Source of the DNA: a virus
Strand: one strand, 5' to 3'
DNA: 64,000 nt
Virus record (IMG/VR): IMGVR_UViG_3300013115_000353
Location: 1 to 64,000 of that record
Shown here one piece after another: positions 44,201 through 53,270 of the stretch. The notes under the pieces were generated by a model. It was not told where the DNA came from. It searched no databases and saw only the letters and a list, made by a program, of their open reading frames with translations. Position numbers and translations under genes: made by a program. How positions within the stretch are numbered: the first letter of the stretch is position 1; the number at the start of each line of letters is the position of its first letter.

Positions 44201-45620
44201 TTCCATCTTTCGTATCTTCGTATGAGCCGCCAAAGCGTGTTAAGTCTTGTGGGCGCGGCGGACTCAGTTCGCCATCGTCGTCTACAAATAAATCTTTTTG
44301 ATTGTCCCAAGCCCAACTTGTTACCACATTAACAAACCCTGGCTGCTTAGCACCATATGGAACACGCTCAGGTACCACAAAGTATTGATGGTTTGCTGCA
44401 TCATAAAACTTTCTCATGCGCACACGCTCGTTAGCAATGATACCGGTAACATCCCGATCTGTGTCATGGAATATTTCTTGATCATCAAAGTCGGATAGAG
44501 GCTTTAACTCTGCATCGGGGTTTATGTCTGGTGCTGGCCATGGCTCGTCATCAAGTTTGGCGCGGATAGCCTCACGCACCATATCATAAGTTATAGCTGC
44601 TTTTACGTCTTTGTTTACACTGTACCACTGTCGCTTATTGGCATCCACCCCAAACTCGAAAGCATCAGCATCATTGAGATGCTTGTGTAAAACATCAAAA
44701 ACGTTTTTATTTCCCAATATATGCTTACGAACAATGGTTTGTGCTCTTTCTTTGACTGGACCCTTGTCGCCTAAAAGCTTGTTCAACTCATCAGTATACA
44801 AACGATAAGCAACAATACCGTGCCCTCTGGCTTCTTCTCGGGCGCATTGAAAATATTCCCCACCCTCTCTGTGGCAAGAAGTAATACTTCCAATGTCGCT
44901 CATTCGTAGGATATCTATAGGCGCACGGGAAACAATAATGGAGTATTTGTGTTCCGTGGAAGTCATATCAAACAACTCTTGAACGTCTTCCCATTTATTA
45001 TCGTTAGTGTAATAGATCTGCTTCTGATTCCACCACTCTAAGAGTTCGTCATCTATCTTGCCTTGTTTCGCGAGCTTGCCGATGGCGCGGGACATTGTGG
45101 TTTTATCCGTCTTTTTAATTTTTTCGCCTTTTCGCGGGCCAGCAGGTATAGTGAAGTCATAAGTCTTTTCTAGGTTCAACTCTGCTATCCATTTGTCCTC
45201 ATAGTATTCCTCAACAGGACGCGGATCGGGGTTGGTTTGAGGATGTGGCATGCCAAAGTCGGGAGGTAACTCCCCAACACGGCGCTTGCCTTTTTGTTTG
45301 ACTTCTTTTGTTTTAAATTTCTTGACGCCAGCGTTGTTTATGCGTGGAGGGTGCCAACTCTCACTCATCAGAGCACTAACAATCTGTGCTAGGTTGCGGC
45401 CGTCTTGTCCAGCCATAGGAAACGCAACGCGCATCTTGCCGCGTCCACCAAAGAGATCATCCAACTCGGGATTGATATCTCCCTGGTTCATTATCCAGGT
45501 TGTTAGACTTTCGTGTTCCTCTCGGGAAATCTCGGTGAAAAGTGTCTTACATTTCGGCTTTTTCGGCTTTTCTTTACTCTCTCTAAGGTATTTAAACCAC
45601 GTTCCAGTAGCAATGTCCAT
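41295..45620 (-). CDS. Giant multidomain (probable virion) protein; paralog of 5278..8919
   Basis: SIIVSRAPIDILRMSDIGSITSCH...ARGHGIVAY, FGGSYED; WFKYLRE leader; preceded by ACTATTTATA. Confidence 0.7.
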   Translation of the reverse strand: MDIATGTWFKYLRESKEKPKKPKCKTLFTEISREEHESLTTWIMNQGDINPELDDLFGGRGKMRVAFPMAGQDGRNLAQIVSALMSESWHPPRINNAGVKKFKTKEVKQKGKRRVGELPPDFGMPHPQTNPDPRPVEEYYEDKWIAELNLEKTYDFTIPAGPRKGEKIKKTDKTTMSRAIGKLAKQGKIDDELLEWWNQKQIYYTNDNKWEDVQELFDMTSTEHKYSIIVSRAPIDILRMSDIGSITSCHREGGEYFQCAREEARGHGIVAYRLYTDELNKLLGDKGPVKERAQTIVRKHILGNKNVFDVLHKHLNDADAFEFGVDANKRQWYSVNKDVKAAITYDMVREAIRAKLDDEPWPAPDINPDAELKPLSDFDDQEIFHDTDRDVTGIIANERVRMRKFYDAANHQYFVVPERVPYGAKQPGFVNVVTSWAWDNQKDLFVDDDGELSPPRPQDLTRFGGSYEDTKDGTILNYFFDEARPDETHDKFREYSATNMRQNTGTEEEGGMAALEAQLEEMQDVVEEIVQATSNRAEHVLIYGEAEIDDYGENIYINGSGEVTFTFPVGWEGNVIPRETGYYFPDEERDVKTIPKVYGGSDYQSRRAFSSILERHINFYSQDTDWNVEPALGSGFELRVHMQFNCDDCGYDVDYFDSFANELVNEIDDKYDEIYEKTRRELVDEGYLPPNDWDALFDDIKESNEELENWRGYGLDEDEYEGEVTFYFEPVGDGGRQSGVIPMGVSFPPELGNTPYALEKIFKDEGRVGGGAGFSGPGQVWPGEAFMQRLDIVLSDLVEQANGYAKSQLDFNFGDKYSRPTFEGIKFAENAQLRFRLAQAAEEGKPRPVEMYLKLDIKSTESKEEIEGALTFMKYIDQFPDEIIKGIRDNFKVFMSEYAEYVEARNVKMEDGTTFWRMYERIRSKFEAQSDLGNTDAEQAILVAMWGRDNWEEMSKVEKYTLVDSYLRPLINGSLHPRNSWSAMSDLPLNWNSLVQSKMRGSEFGAPPSVWRGYSWATHHPDSDQAGLSDVQKERAKVLAWLYRNEHGPDHGGPIRPAGWSDADWKLVITEIPDLERFADEPGHEGQPGEGVGYYDRGRRAREIEQARGTIETASEIWGPDAESEEPAQQRPRNRADALAGLSEPERSAAMDALVAGDREEFTRIVQASEEEDKPGDAYKRAKEAAKARKAARGGDRPMEEQILKVDNMLNEIFDLRLYKMQIQLVVRDIEGRETDDLKNRIRGIEHCTTVRTLTKRSIGDAQRIVFELKYEQKGIIPREDFIRFELLPAIKRMPGIEIEDWSRPEPVERTLKEAMPAPPQTRPMVTPEVSLQSVAQDWMDGGVQVYDMPMNTNDMRYHVMMSVKELWRYASREFRAPKDVFDDKMNAYQEFIRDGALQPVYIALGMNGRIKITGNEDLVWFAKKAGLEQLPVFISYQKQV

Positions 45621-45664
45621 TTAAATTATACTCCAACACTATAAATAGTTAGTTATTTCCTATT

Positions 45665-46015
45665 TCATCTCCAGAACAATTGGATGGAGGCAATTATAAA
45701 GGCTAAGAATACACATGTCATAGTTTTTGCGGTAAACATACTCTCACCTAGGAAATGCCAAGTAAGCAAAGGAAAGGTAAGATAGGACAGGGCGAAGATT
45801 AAAAACCTAGGGCCCCATATTTCCCCCATCTCGGCATATGCTAACTGCATCCCATACCAAAAGCACAAAGAAGCTGGAAAGGTGAACACCACAATGGGCA
45901 AAATAGGCTTATCTCTCCACCACTCCCATACAAACTGAGAGTTGAGATGGAACCATCCGAATAGCTGTCCGATAGTAAACAACAAACATGCTAATAATAT
46001 CTTAGAAGTTGGCAA
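45665..46015 (-). CDS. Four-TM membrane protein (SMR/EamA-like size)
   Basis: 116 aa with four hydrophobic segments. Confidence 0.6.
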   Translation of the reverse strand: MPTSKILLACLLFTIGQLFGWFHLNSQFVWEWWRDKPILPIVVFTFPASLCFWYGMQLAYAEMGEIWGPRFLIFALSYLTFPLLTWHFLGESMFTAKTMTCVFLAFIIASIQLFWR

Positions 46016-46766
46016 TTATCATTTCCTCGCACTGTTCTTTTTCTTGAGTTTCTCGTCCATACTTATCAATCATGCGGATGTTGCAATCTTTGTAGAGAGT
46101 GTGCGCTTGGGGATGGTATTTATAAAGTACAATCCACTTGTCTTTTACTTCTTCAAGCGCTTCTCTAAATCGTTTATGATAAACTCGTGTCATTTCTAGT
46201 CCTGTGTTTCTGCCGTATTCTAATAAGTTATAATTAAATTGTCCAATGGGGAAGAGCCTATAATCGCTCTGAGGGGAGCCTTGAGGGAGTGTCTCTATCA
46301 AGGTGGGACTATCATCAAAGGTAAGAAAAAAATTTTTAGGGGAAAACTTTTTCAAATAGGAGAATGCGATAGGATTAAGATTTTCATCATTAAACCGTCC
46401 TGCCGAAATCCAACCGCTCTCCGAGCAGCGATTAAGTAAAAAAAACAATGCCGATCTCGCGTATTCGTCTTTATAAGTGTGCCACTGAGCTTGAAAGGTG
46501 TGAAATGCTTCACTGGTGCCAATAGGATAAAGATATCGAGCCATAGCTTCTATTTTTACAGGATCCTCTAAAGCACATTTCCAAAATTCATACACCACAT
46601 ATTTGTTGGTGTGTCCAATAACAAATCGTTCCGCTTCAGCTAATTTAAACTCTAGCTCTCCTGAAAACAGAAAATAAGAGTCTATCACGCTTCCCTTGGG
46701 AATCAACTCTTTTAAAACAGCCAAAGATTTAAATCTATTAATATTTTCTTTAATCGGTGACTTCAT
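46002..46766 (-). CDS. Dam (D12-class) methyltransferase-like protein, catalytic motifs degenerate
   Basis: ARSALFFLLNRCSESG..GRFN and terminal EEMIIANF resemble Dam; no DPPY or FxGxG. Confidence 0.55.
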   Translation of the reverse strand: MKSPIKENINRFKSLAVLKELIPKGSVIDSYFLFSGELEFKLAEAERFVIGHTNKYVVYEFWKCALEDPVKIEAMARYLYPIGTSEAFHTFQAQWHTYKDEYARSALFFLLNRCSESGWISAGRFNDENLNPIAFSYLKKFSPKNFFLTFDDSPTLIETLPQGSPQSDYRLFPIGQFNYNLLEYGRNTGLEMTRVYHKRFREALEEVKDKWIVLYKYHPQAHTLYKDCNIRMIDKYGRETQEKEQCEEMIIANF

Positions 46767-47145
46767 CGTAGGGATTTACATCGGCAACCGTGCTTTTAAA
46801 GTCTTCGATAGATTCATCTAGTGTGGGAGACGACTGCTCAGGATCCGAGTTAACCACTGTATTGGGTACCGAGGGCGGTTGAGCCTGATATTGAACATAA
46901 CTGGCAATAAGAGTGGATATATCTGTTAAAGAATGATCTACTTTTTCTAGCTTTTCTCTTGTGGCATATAACTCACGTACTGTATTCAAAGACAAAATGT
47001 CTCCATCGGCGTCTCTTCCAATAATATGTCTCAGCCATGCAGCCGTTTCCTCCACATTTTCTGCAGCCTGACTCACCAAACGCGATATCTCTAGCCCCAA
47101 ATCGTCCAAATCAATTGAATATTGAATAGTAATTCTCTGTCCCAT
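46750..47145 (-). CDS. Hypothetical protein
   Basis: ORF in the operon. Confidence 0.6.
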   Translation of the reverse strand: MGQRITIQYSIDLDDLGLEISRLVSQAAENVEETAAWLRHIIGRDADGDILSLNTVRELYATREKLEKVDHSLTDISTLIASYVQYQAQPPSVPNTVVNSDPEQSSPTLDESIEDFKSTVADVNPYDEVTD

Positions 47146-47149
47146 TTTT

Positions 47150-47446
47150 TTAACCTCTTATTACTTGTTTTGTTTTAGTCTTATTTAGCGCCGTTTCAAT
47201 AGTTTCTGGCGCGCCTACCACTACAATCTCAGAGCCGGTGTGGCCGCGATTAATGCTTAACTTCGAAAATCTGTGGTTTTTATTTAGCTCAGACGGTAGC
47301 TTTCCTTGTTCATTTAATTGTTTCATTCGTGATTCTTCACGGATCATTACTACATGTTCGGGATTAATAAAAATCTCTCGTAAAGTATAAGTTTGCTGTG
47401 ATGTAATAGCATTATTGTTACACACTTCGGTTAGCTTGATTAACAT
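47150..47446 (-). CDS. FlbD-like small protein
   Basis: MLIKLT...IFINPEHVVMIRE...IVVVG..E.I pattern. Confidence 0.5.
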   Translation of the reverse strand: MLIKLTEVCNNNAITSQQTYTLREIFINPEHVVMIREESRMKQLNEQGKLPSELNKNHRFSKLSINRGHTGSEIVVVGAPETIETALNKTKTKQVIRG

Positions 47447-47666
47447 TTACTTCCTCCACGTTCATTGGATACACTTGCTCTCTTGAAACATACCATTGTG
47501 AGCCTTGAAAAAATACTTTTATCCACGTGGGCGTCACGAAATCGTCAATGACAATCGCCGCCTGTGGTTTTAAAGTTTTAATATATTCTGATGGAGCTTT
47601 TTCAAGCTCATTAAGCAATGTAACATCTTGTGGGATGTAGCATAAATCTCCTTTTGTTATTTTCAT
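47418..47666 (-). CDS. GDLV-like small protein
   Basis: ITKGDLC...AIVI...IKVF. Confidence 0.55.
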   Translation of the reverse strand: MKITKGDLCYIPQDVTLLNELEKAPSEYIKTLKPQAAIVIDDFVTPTWIKVFFQGSQWYVSREQVYPMNVEEVNVNQANRSV

Positions 47667-47669
47667 TTT

Positions 47670-49241
47670 TTATCCTGTTTGTATGATACCATAATTAGTT
47701 GTGATGAGAGTGCCAGCACAACTAGCGGCATTCTGTAAAGCAACTCTCGTTACTTTAACGGGATCTATAATACCGTCCACTAACATATCTGTCAATTTTC
47801 CATTTTTAAAATCCCAACCTTTTTCTTCTCCGGATTCCAATATCTTATTAATAATCAAATCTGGAGATTCGTTAGCGTTCAGAGCCATCTGCCTGATGGG
47901 CTCTTTGCATGCAGCTTGTACAATGGCTGCGCCTATAGCGATGTCTCGTTCTTTAGCTGTAATCACTAAAGTATTAGAGGCGCGCAACAATGCACACCCT
48001 CCTCCTGCAATAATCCCCTCTTCCTGCGCAGAGCGTACTGCCTCCAGGGCATCTTCTATCCTATGTTTCTTTTCTGTCATTTCCACTTCGGTTGTGCCTC
48101 CAACACGAATCACTGCTACTCCCGATGCCAGGCGCACAATTCTTTCTTGAACTGCTGTACATTCTTTCAAATCTTCGGTGTCTTTAATTATGTTTTTCAA
48201 CGTTTCTATGCGCTGCTCTACTATTTCAAAATCACATTTACCACCCACTACGGTAGTATTATATTTATTACTCTCAATAAATTTTGCACTGCCTAAATGA
48301 ATCATTTTTACATCTTTAAGTTTGATGCCCGATTCACGAGTAATAAATGTGGCACCAGTAGAAACGGCAAGATCCGAAAGAGTAGTTCGGCGCTCTTCGC
48401 CATAATGGGGAGCCTTAATCGCTGCCACCTTAAGAGTGCCACGCATTGCGTTCATAATCATTGCTGCCAATGCTTGTCCGTCGATGTCTTCCGCTACCAC
48501 CACCAGCGGCCTAGCCTCTCTAGCTGTCATTTCTAGCAAAGGGAGAATCTGTTCTACTGCATCAATCTTGTAATCTGTTACCAGAAGCAACGGATCATCG
48601 TGGTGCATAGTAGCACGACGCTCGTCAGTGATGAAAGCATTAGCGCAATAACCACTATTAAGCCGGAACCCCTCTGTAACATCTAATGAAGTCTCCAAAG
48701 ATCGCGACTCTTCAATAGTAATAGATCCATCTTGACCCACACGATCAACAGCAAGAGCGATAAGTTTTCCGATTGATTCATCATTGTTGGCAGAAATGGT
48801 CGCAACATGAGCGATCTCATCTGAACTTCTAACTGGGCGCGCTTGTGTTCTAAGCTTTTCTGTAATTTCTTTAGTTGCAAGTTCTATTCCTTTTTGTAAA
48901 TCGTAAGGCGAGACACCTGAAGCGACATATTTCTGTGATTCTCTTAAGATTGCTCTCGCCAGTACGGTGGACGTGGTCGTCCCGTCGCCAGCAGTGTTAT
49001 TAGTTTCTACTGCTGCTTGTTTGATAATTTGTACTCCAGCATTTTCAAAGGGATCGTCTAACGCAACAAAGTGCGCCACAGTTACACCGTCCTTAGTAAT
49101 AAATGGTGTCTTTCCTTTCTCCTGTAAAAGTACATTGCGCCCCTTGGGGCCTAGTGTGGAAGCTACGTTGTCAGCAAGAACGTTTACTCCCTTCATAATT
49201 TTCTGTTGTAGAGTTTGTTTGCTGTCATAATCTCTAGTCAA
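47670..49241 (-). CDS. groEL: Chaperonin GroEL
   Basis: TLGPKGRNV, ITKDGVTVA, AGDGTTT, GIIDPVKVTR; no GGM tail. Confidence 0.97.
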   Translation of the reverse strand: MTRDYDSKQTLQQKIMKGVNVLADNVASTLGPKGRNVLLQEKGKTPFITKDGVTVAHFVALDDPFENAGVQIIKQAAVETNNTAGDGTTTSTVLARAILRESQKYVASGVSPYDLQKGIELATKEITEKLRTQARPVRSSDEIAHVATISANNDESIGKLIALAVDRVGQDGSITIEESRSLETSLDVTEGFRLNSGYCANAFITDERRATMHHDDPLLLVTDYKIDAVEQILPLLEMTAREARPLVVVAEDIDGQALAAMIMNAMRGTLKVAAIKAPHYGEERRTTLSDLAVSTGATFITRESGIKLKDVKMIHLGSAKFIESNKYNTTVVGGKCDFEIVEQRIETLKNIIKDTEDLKECTAVQERIVRLASGVAVIRVGGTTEVEMTEKKHRIEDALEAVRSAQEEGIIAGGGCALLRASNTLVITAKERDIAIGAAIVQAACKEPIRQMALNANESPDLIINKILESGEEKGWDFKNGKLTDMLVDGIIDPVKVTRVALQNAASCAGTLITTNYGIIQTG

Positions 49242-49260
49242 TAATCACCTCTCTAGTAAT

Positions 49261-49289
49261 AGTATAATCTCTTTTTGATTATATGTCAA
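49261..49289 (-). promoter_or_regulatory. sigma70-type promoter for groEL
   Basis: TTGACA-N17-TATACT. Confidence 0.75.
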
Positions 49290-49298
49290 GTCTTTATT

Positions 49299-50882
49299 TT
49301 ATGCTTCGCGGGGATCCGCCTTCAAAGTTTTAACTATTTCTTCGCCTTGTTTTTGAGCCGTAGAATTAGCTGCGGTAGCCTCACTGCGTTCTTCAGTGCT
49401 ATAGTATTTGCCAATATTTTCTGTAAATTCCTTTGTAAGCGTCAGTAAGGAGATTAAGTCTTTACCCAGTTTATCAGTATATATCTTTGCTATCTTTTTA
49501 ATATTCTCTGACGACAAGTTTATTTCGCCATAATGCTCGGTGAGGAGAAGTCCCGTCATTGCAGTCATTTGTGTTCTACTTATCCCCCATTGACTTCCAC
49601 CTTCACTTTTTCCCGCTTCCAATAGAAGCAACTCTTCTTTCATCATTCTTTTTTCATCTTCATGAAAACACCCAAAGTAGCCCATAGATTCTGCTACGGG
49701 TTCTTGTGTGGCCCGGGCAGCGATGTCTTCAAGTCCCTTTGCATAGCCCTCTTCATATCTCTTTCTTAGCACTCTCAATGCCTTCGGATCAACATCAGGC
49801 TCAGACTCAGGGGTAAACACAGATTCATCTGGAGCTTCCCCACTGAGTGCGGCTTGTCTTCCGACATTATAAGCTTCTACTTGACTGCCCTGCTGTAGTA
49901 CACGAGCATAAGACTTTTTCTTTTGTGCGCTAGTGTCACGTTTGCTTCCGGCATCCTCATCAAATTCACCCGTCTCATCAACATTCTTATAAAACATGCC
50001 TTTGTTTTTGGTATAGCCTGGAACTCGCTGCAAGACATCGAACATATCTTGTCTCCACTTGCTAGCTAACTTGGGATCCTGTGGGTATGCTTTTATTTGT
50101 ACCCTAAGATCCTCTGCCGCGTCACCTAGAAGATGGCCGTTCTTCGCACCCAACATCGCATCAACGAAATTCTCGCGAGTAATTTCAAAAGCAAAGAGAG
50201 TCAACTTAGAAACATTGTCGCCTTCTGTGTCTTTAAGGGCAATCAAGTATTTAATCGAAGGAACACCTCCTCCTCCTCGGAGGAAAAGATAGTCAATGAG
50301 ATTAGTAAAGCTACCGTGAATAACCGTATCAGGGCTCAAAAGTTTTAAACTAACATTTTCGCCGGCGCCGGTGATAAAATCTTCAATTGGGAGAGTGCCG
50401 CCAACGCGACCAGCTTCTTGTCTGCCTCCCGTAAGTGCTGCCATAAATGCTTCAAATACAAATCCGGAAGATGCCTCGTTATAATCGTTGAGCGTTGCTT
50501 GTAGTGCTTCGATAATCATCATCATATTCAAGAGCGTGTTCGTCTGGCCGCCGGGCGCCTTGCGTTTAGCCGCCGCTGGGTCCAAAAAAGAATTAACGTG
50601 TGCAATTCGCGCTCTCATATTGCCACCGCCCGTAACAGAAGCAAAAATTCTCTCAACTTCTTGACGGGACTGACTACCAGGGTCTCCCCAAGACTCAGTT
50701 GGAATCAACTTTGGAAGATCAATATCAACACTAAATCGATGGCCATCTTCCTCTGATATCACCTCTGGCTCAATGGCATCATACAGCTGCTCAACCATTT
50801 CCATTAACATAGAAAAGTCAATAGGCTTCTTTTCTTCTTTCTTTTTATATTCTTTTCTCAAAATCTCAGATAGTTCAGACAT
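49299..50882 (-). CDS. Hypothetical probable virion protein, possible nuclease-like fold
   Basis: SGFVFEAF...IEDF...VSLKLL resembles a PD-(D/E)xK variant; multiple LxE sites. Confidence 0.5.
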   Translation of the reverse strand: MSELSEILRKEYKKKEEKKPIDFSMLMEMVEQLYDAIEPEVISEEDGHRFSVDIDLPKLIPTESWGDPGSQSRQEVERIFASVTGGGNMRARIAHVNSFLDPAAAKRKAPGGQTNTLLNMMMIIEALQATLNDYNEASSGFVFEAFMAALTGGRQEAGRVGGTLPIEDFITGAGENVSLKLLSPDTVIHGSFTNLIDYLFLRGGGGVPSIKYLIALKDTEGDNVSKLTLFAFEITRENFVDAMLGAKNGHLLGDAAEDLRVQIKAYPQDPKLASKWRQDMFDVLQRVPGYTKNKGMFYKNVDETGEFDEDAGSKRDTSAQKKKSYARVLQQGSQVEAYNVGRQAALSGEAPDESVFTPESEPDVDPKALRVLRKRYEEGYAKGLEDIAARATQEPVAESMGYFGCFHEDEKRMMKEELLLLEAGKSEGGSQWGISRTQMTAMTGLLLTEHYGEINLSSENIKKIAKIYTDKLGKDLISLLTLTKEFTENIGKYYSTEERSEATAANSTAQKQGEEIVKTLKADPREA

Positions 50883-50891
50883 ATGTTATCC

Positions 50892-51563
50892 TCATAATAT
50901 TTCGTCAGCGATTCCTAACTTAATTGCTTGCTCTGCAGATAAATAGACATTCACTTTACGTTTTAACATTTTTTTAAGTTGAGATTCCGTCATTTTTGTT
51001 TCCTCTACTAAACAATTTATGTACATTTTTTGTAGTTCTTCGACCGCCTCTAATTCGTTAACGAGATCATGAATATTTCCCTGGTTGCCGGCACTTACTG
51101 AATGAATCATAATACGGCAGTTCTTTGCAATCCTACGCTTGCCCTTTGTTCCGCAAGCAAGCAGTGGTACGCCGGCCGACATAACCTTTCCAACACCTAC
51201 GGTATGAATCTCTGTTGTCTTCTGGATATTTTTCATTATATCATATAATGCAAACATATCATCAGCAGAGCCACCGTAGGTAGACAGATAAAACTCAATA
51301 GACTCTTTGTCTTCTTCTTCTTTGCCTTTGTTCGTTTCATTCATATATAAAAGCGCATGAACTAATTCGGCTATGGGCTCCTCTAGTATGTCAGAGAACA
51401 AGCCGATTGTCCTCAAGTTAATCTCTGGCTCCCCTCCTTGCAACTTGGAAGGATCAACCAGCACTATTTTTTTCTCTTCAGGTTTTTCCTCAGTCGCTTC
51501 AAAAAAGTTTCGCAGCTTTTCTTTTAATATGTCTAATACATTACTCTTCAGCGAGGAATGCAT
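50892..51563 (-). CDS. clpP: ClpP-like protease
   Basis: LSTYGGS, GKVMSAG, IMIH, YLSAEQA..GIADEI. Confidence 0.9.
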   Translation of the reverse strand: MHSSLKSNVLDILKEKLRNFFEATEEKPEEKKIVLVDPSKLQGGEPEINLRTIGLFSDILEEPIAELVHALLYMNETNKGKEEEDKESIEFYLSTYGGSADDMFALYDIMKNIQKTTEIHTVGVGKVMSAGVPLLACGTKGKRRIAKNCRIMIHSVSAGNQGNIHDLVNELEAVEELQKMYINCLVEETKMTESQLKKMLKRKVNVYLSAEQAIKLGIADEIL

Positions 51564-51939
51564 GAGCCACCTCCTTATGTTGTTCTAAAAAGTCCATCCC
51601 TGATTCCCAATCGTTAAAATCTAAAATCTCCTTAAAAAACTTGGAGTGCTGTTCCACAATATGCTTTATTGCTTTTTTTTTATACGACTCGATAGCCAAA
51701 TCAATGTTGATAGTATAAGCATTAATATTCTGTTCACTCGCGTTGCTTTCTTGGAGGGTGAGAATTTTGTAAGTTCGTGAGAAGGCAAAGTTTTCCATTG
51801 ACTTTGCGAGGATGGCTAGGCTAATAACTTGGGCGCTTTTTACTATTACTATTCCAGTTCTATTAGCATGAAAAAAATAAAACGTCTTACACGTCAGATA
51901 TCCAAAACCAAAAGCCAGAAAATATAAAAGCCACTCCAT
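51541..51939 (-). CDS. Hypothetical membrane protein
   Basis: N-terminal TM segment. Confidence 0.6.
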   Translation of the reverse strand: MEWLLYFLAFGFGYLTCKTFYFFHANRTGIVIVKSAQVISLAILAKSMENFAFSRTYKILTLQESNASEQNINAYTINIDLAIESYKKKAIKHIVEQHSKFFKEILDFNDWESGMDFLEQHKEVAHAFLAEE

Positions 51940-51959
51940 TCATCACCTTTCACAAAATA

Positions 51960-51983
51960 ACCACCAGTATTTCTACTGATGGC
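51960..51983 (-). terminator. Intrinsic terminator-like hairpin
   Basis: GCCATCAGTA-GAAA-TACTGGTGGT followed by TATTTT. Confidence 0.55.
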
Positions 51984-51986
51984 TTA

Positions 51987-52015
51987 ATTATAACAGCTTG
52001 TAGTTTTTTTGTCAA
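51987..52015 (-). promoter_or_regulatory. Consensus sigma70 promoter
   Basis: TTGACA-N17-TATAAT. Confidence 0.8.
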
Positions 52016-52624
52016 CTACTTTACTAGCAATCTTTTCATAATTCGTTCTGTTAGTGTGTCAGCCATCTTTGCGCGACGAGACTCCCGCATCAAACGTGCA
52101 GCCACTCGCCGTGCCACTTCGGCTACCATCTCTTCTTCGTCCGCTACAACCTCTTCTCCACCTTCGGGAGATATGTCAGCGTCGATGTCCATTTCCATCT
52201 CTTCTCCCCCTGGCTCTTCGAGTTCAGCGTCCATCTCTAATTCTTCGTCGCCGCCTTCGGAGCGCTCAGCATCCATCACGACACCATATGGTTCTAAGGC
52301 ACTTCCCATGGCATCAAGCATGGTTTCTAGTGCGTCTTCTACGGCAGAAACAGCTTCGGGAGCTAACTCTTCAGCACCCTCTTCATCCATACCCATATCC
52401 ATCTCGCCTTCAGGCTCAACATCCATTTCCATTTCATCTTCGACAGCTACTTCTTCGTCGCCGCCCATATCAAATTCCTCTTCCGCTTCAACGGCTTCGT
52501 CATCCATCACAGGCTGCTCAGAAAGCGTGCCCATCCTATCGCTACCAATAGCAGGCATGCTAGCCAGCTTCATAAATCTCCGAATCTCGGATTCGGTTAG
52601 CAAAGTCTTTCGAGCCATTATCAA
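52016..52624 (-). CDS. Highly acidic probable head/internal protein
   Basis: LLTESEIRRFMKLA leader, D/E-rich core; preceded by ACTATTTATA. Confidence 0.65.
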   Translation of the reverse strand: MIMARKTLLTESEIRRFMKLASMPAIGSDRMGTLSEQPVMDDEAVEAEEEFDMGGDEEVAVEDEMEMDVEPEGEMDMGMDEEGAEELAPEAVSAVEDALETMLDAMGSALEPYGVVMDAERSEGGDEELEMDAELEEPGGEEMEMDIDADISPEGGEEVVADEEEMVAEVARRVAARLMRESRRAKMADTLTERIMKRLLVK

Positions 52625-52680
52625 ATCTCCTTAAAATATACAAACTCAAATATAAATAGTGTTGTGTTTTAATAAAGGCA

Positions 52681-52941
52681 TTAAAAAAGCACATTTGCAT
52701 TTGAGAGGCGTTTTTTGAGTTTTTCTAAAGCTTTAACTTCTATTTGTTTTACTCTTGCAAAAGATATACCCAAACGTTCCGCTGCCTCTCTGAGAGTCAT
52801 TCTGCCATTTTCATAAACAGATATTAAACAACAATTGTGTTCCTTTTCATAATCTACCCAAAGACGACACTCTGTTATAGGACACGCAACTTCCTTTTCT
52901 AAACAATACTTTGAGCACTCTAGTAATCCGTTTCCTTTCAT
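52681..52941 (-). CDS. Free-standing sigma70 region-4 HTH protein with Cys-rich N-terminus
   Basis: MTLREAAERLGISFARVKQIEVKALEKLKK. Confidence 0.8.
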   Translation of the reverse strand: MKGNGLLECSKYCLEKEVACPITECRLWVDYEKEHNCCLISVYENGRMTLREAAERLGISFARVKQIEVKALEKLKKRLSNANVLF

Positions 52942-53270
52942 AGTTCTGGGTGCTCCTCTTCTAGCAAGTCAAAAATGTTTTCAATATCACCCTCGCTAAG
53001 CGCAAAATCTTTAAGGGTGTTTTTTCCTTTTTGGCGCAGCTGCGCAGATTTTGCCTTTTTGATTTTAGACTGATCTTTTACTTCATCAACATACCCTTGA
53101 ATTCTATGATCGCCTGTGATATATGCAGTTATCATGTGGCGGAAAAAAGCAGACTGTGTAAGTCCGTCCTGTTTTAATCTAATTAAAAGTTGTGCTTGCC
53201 TGTGATCATTGTCTGTGAAAATTATTCGTTTTGTTAGGTTTCCATAATCTATATCCGTAGACATCACCAC
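52938..53270 (-). CDS. Hypothetical protein (possible DNA-binding)
   Basis: LKQDGLTQSAFFRHMI is RHH-like. Confidence 0.5.
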   Translation of the reverse strand: MVMSTDIDYGNLTKRIIFTDNDHRQAQLLIRLKQDGLTQSAFFRHMITAYITGDHRIQGYVDEVKDQSKIKKAKSAQLRQKGKNTLKDFALSEGDIENIFDLLEEEHPEL

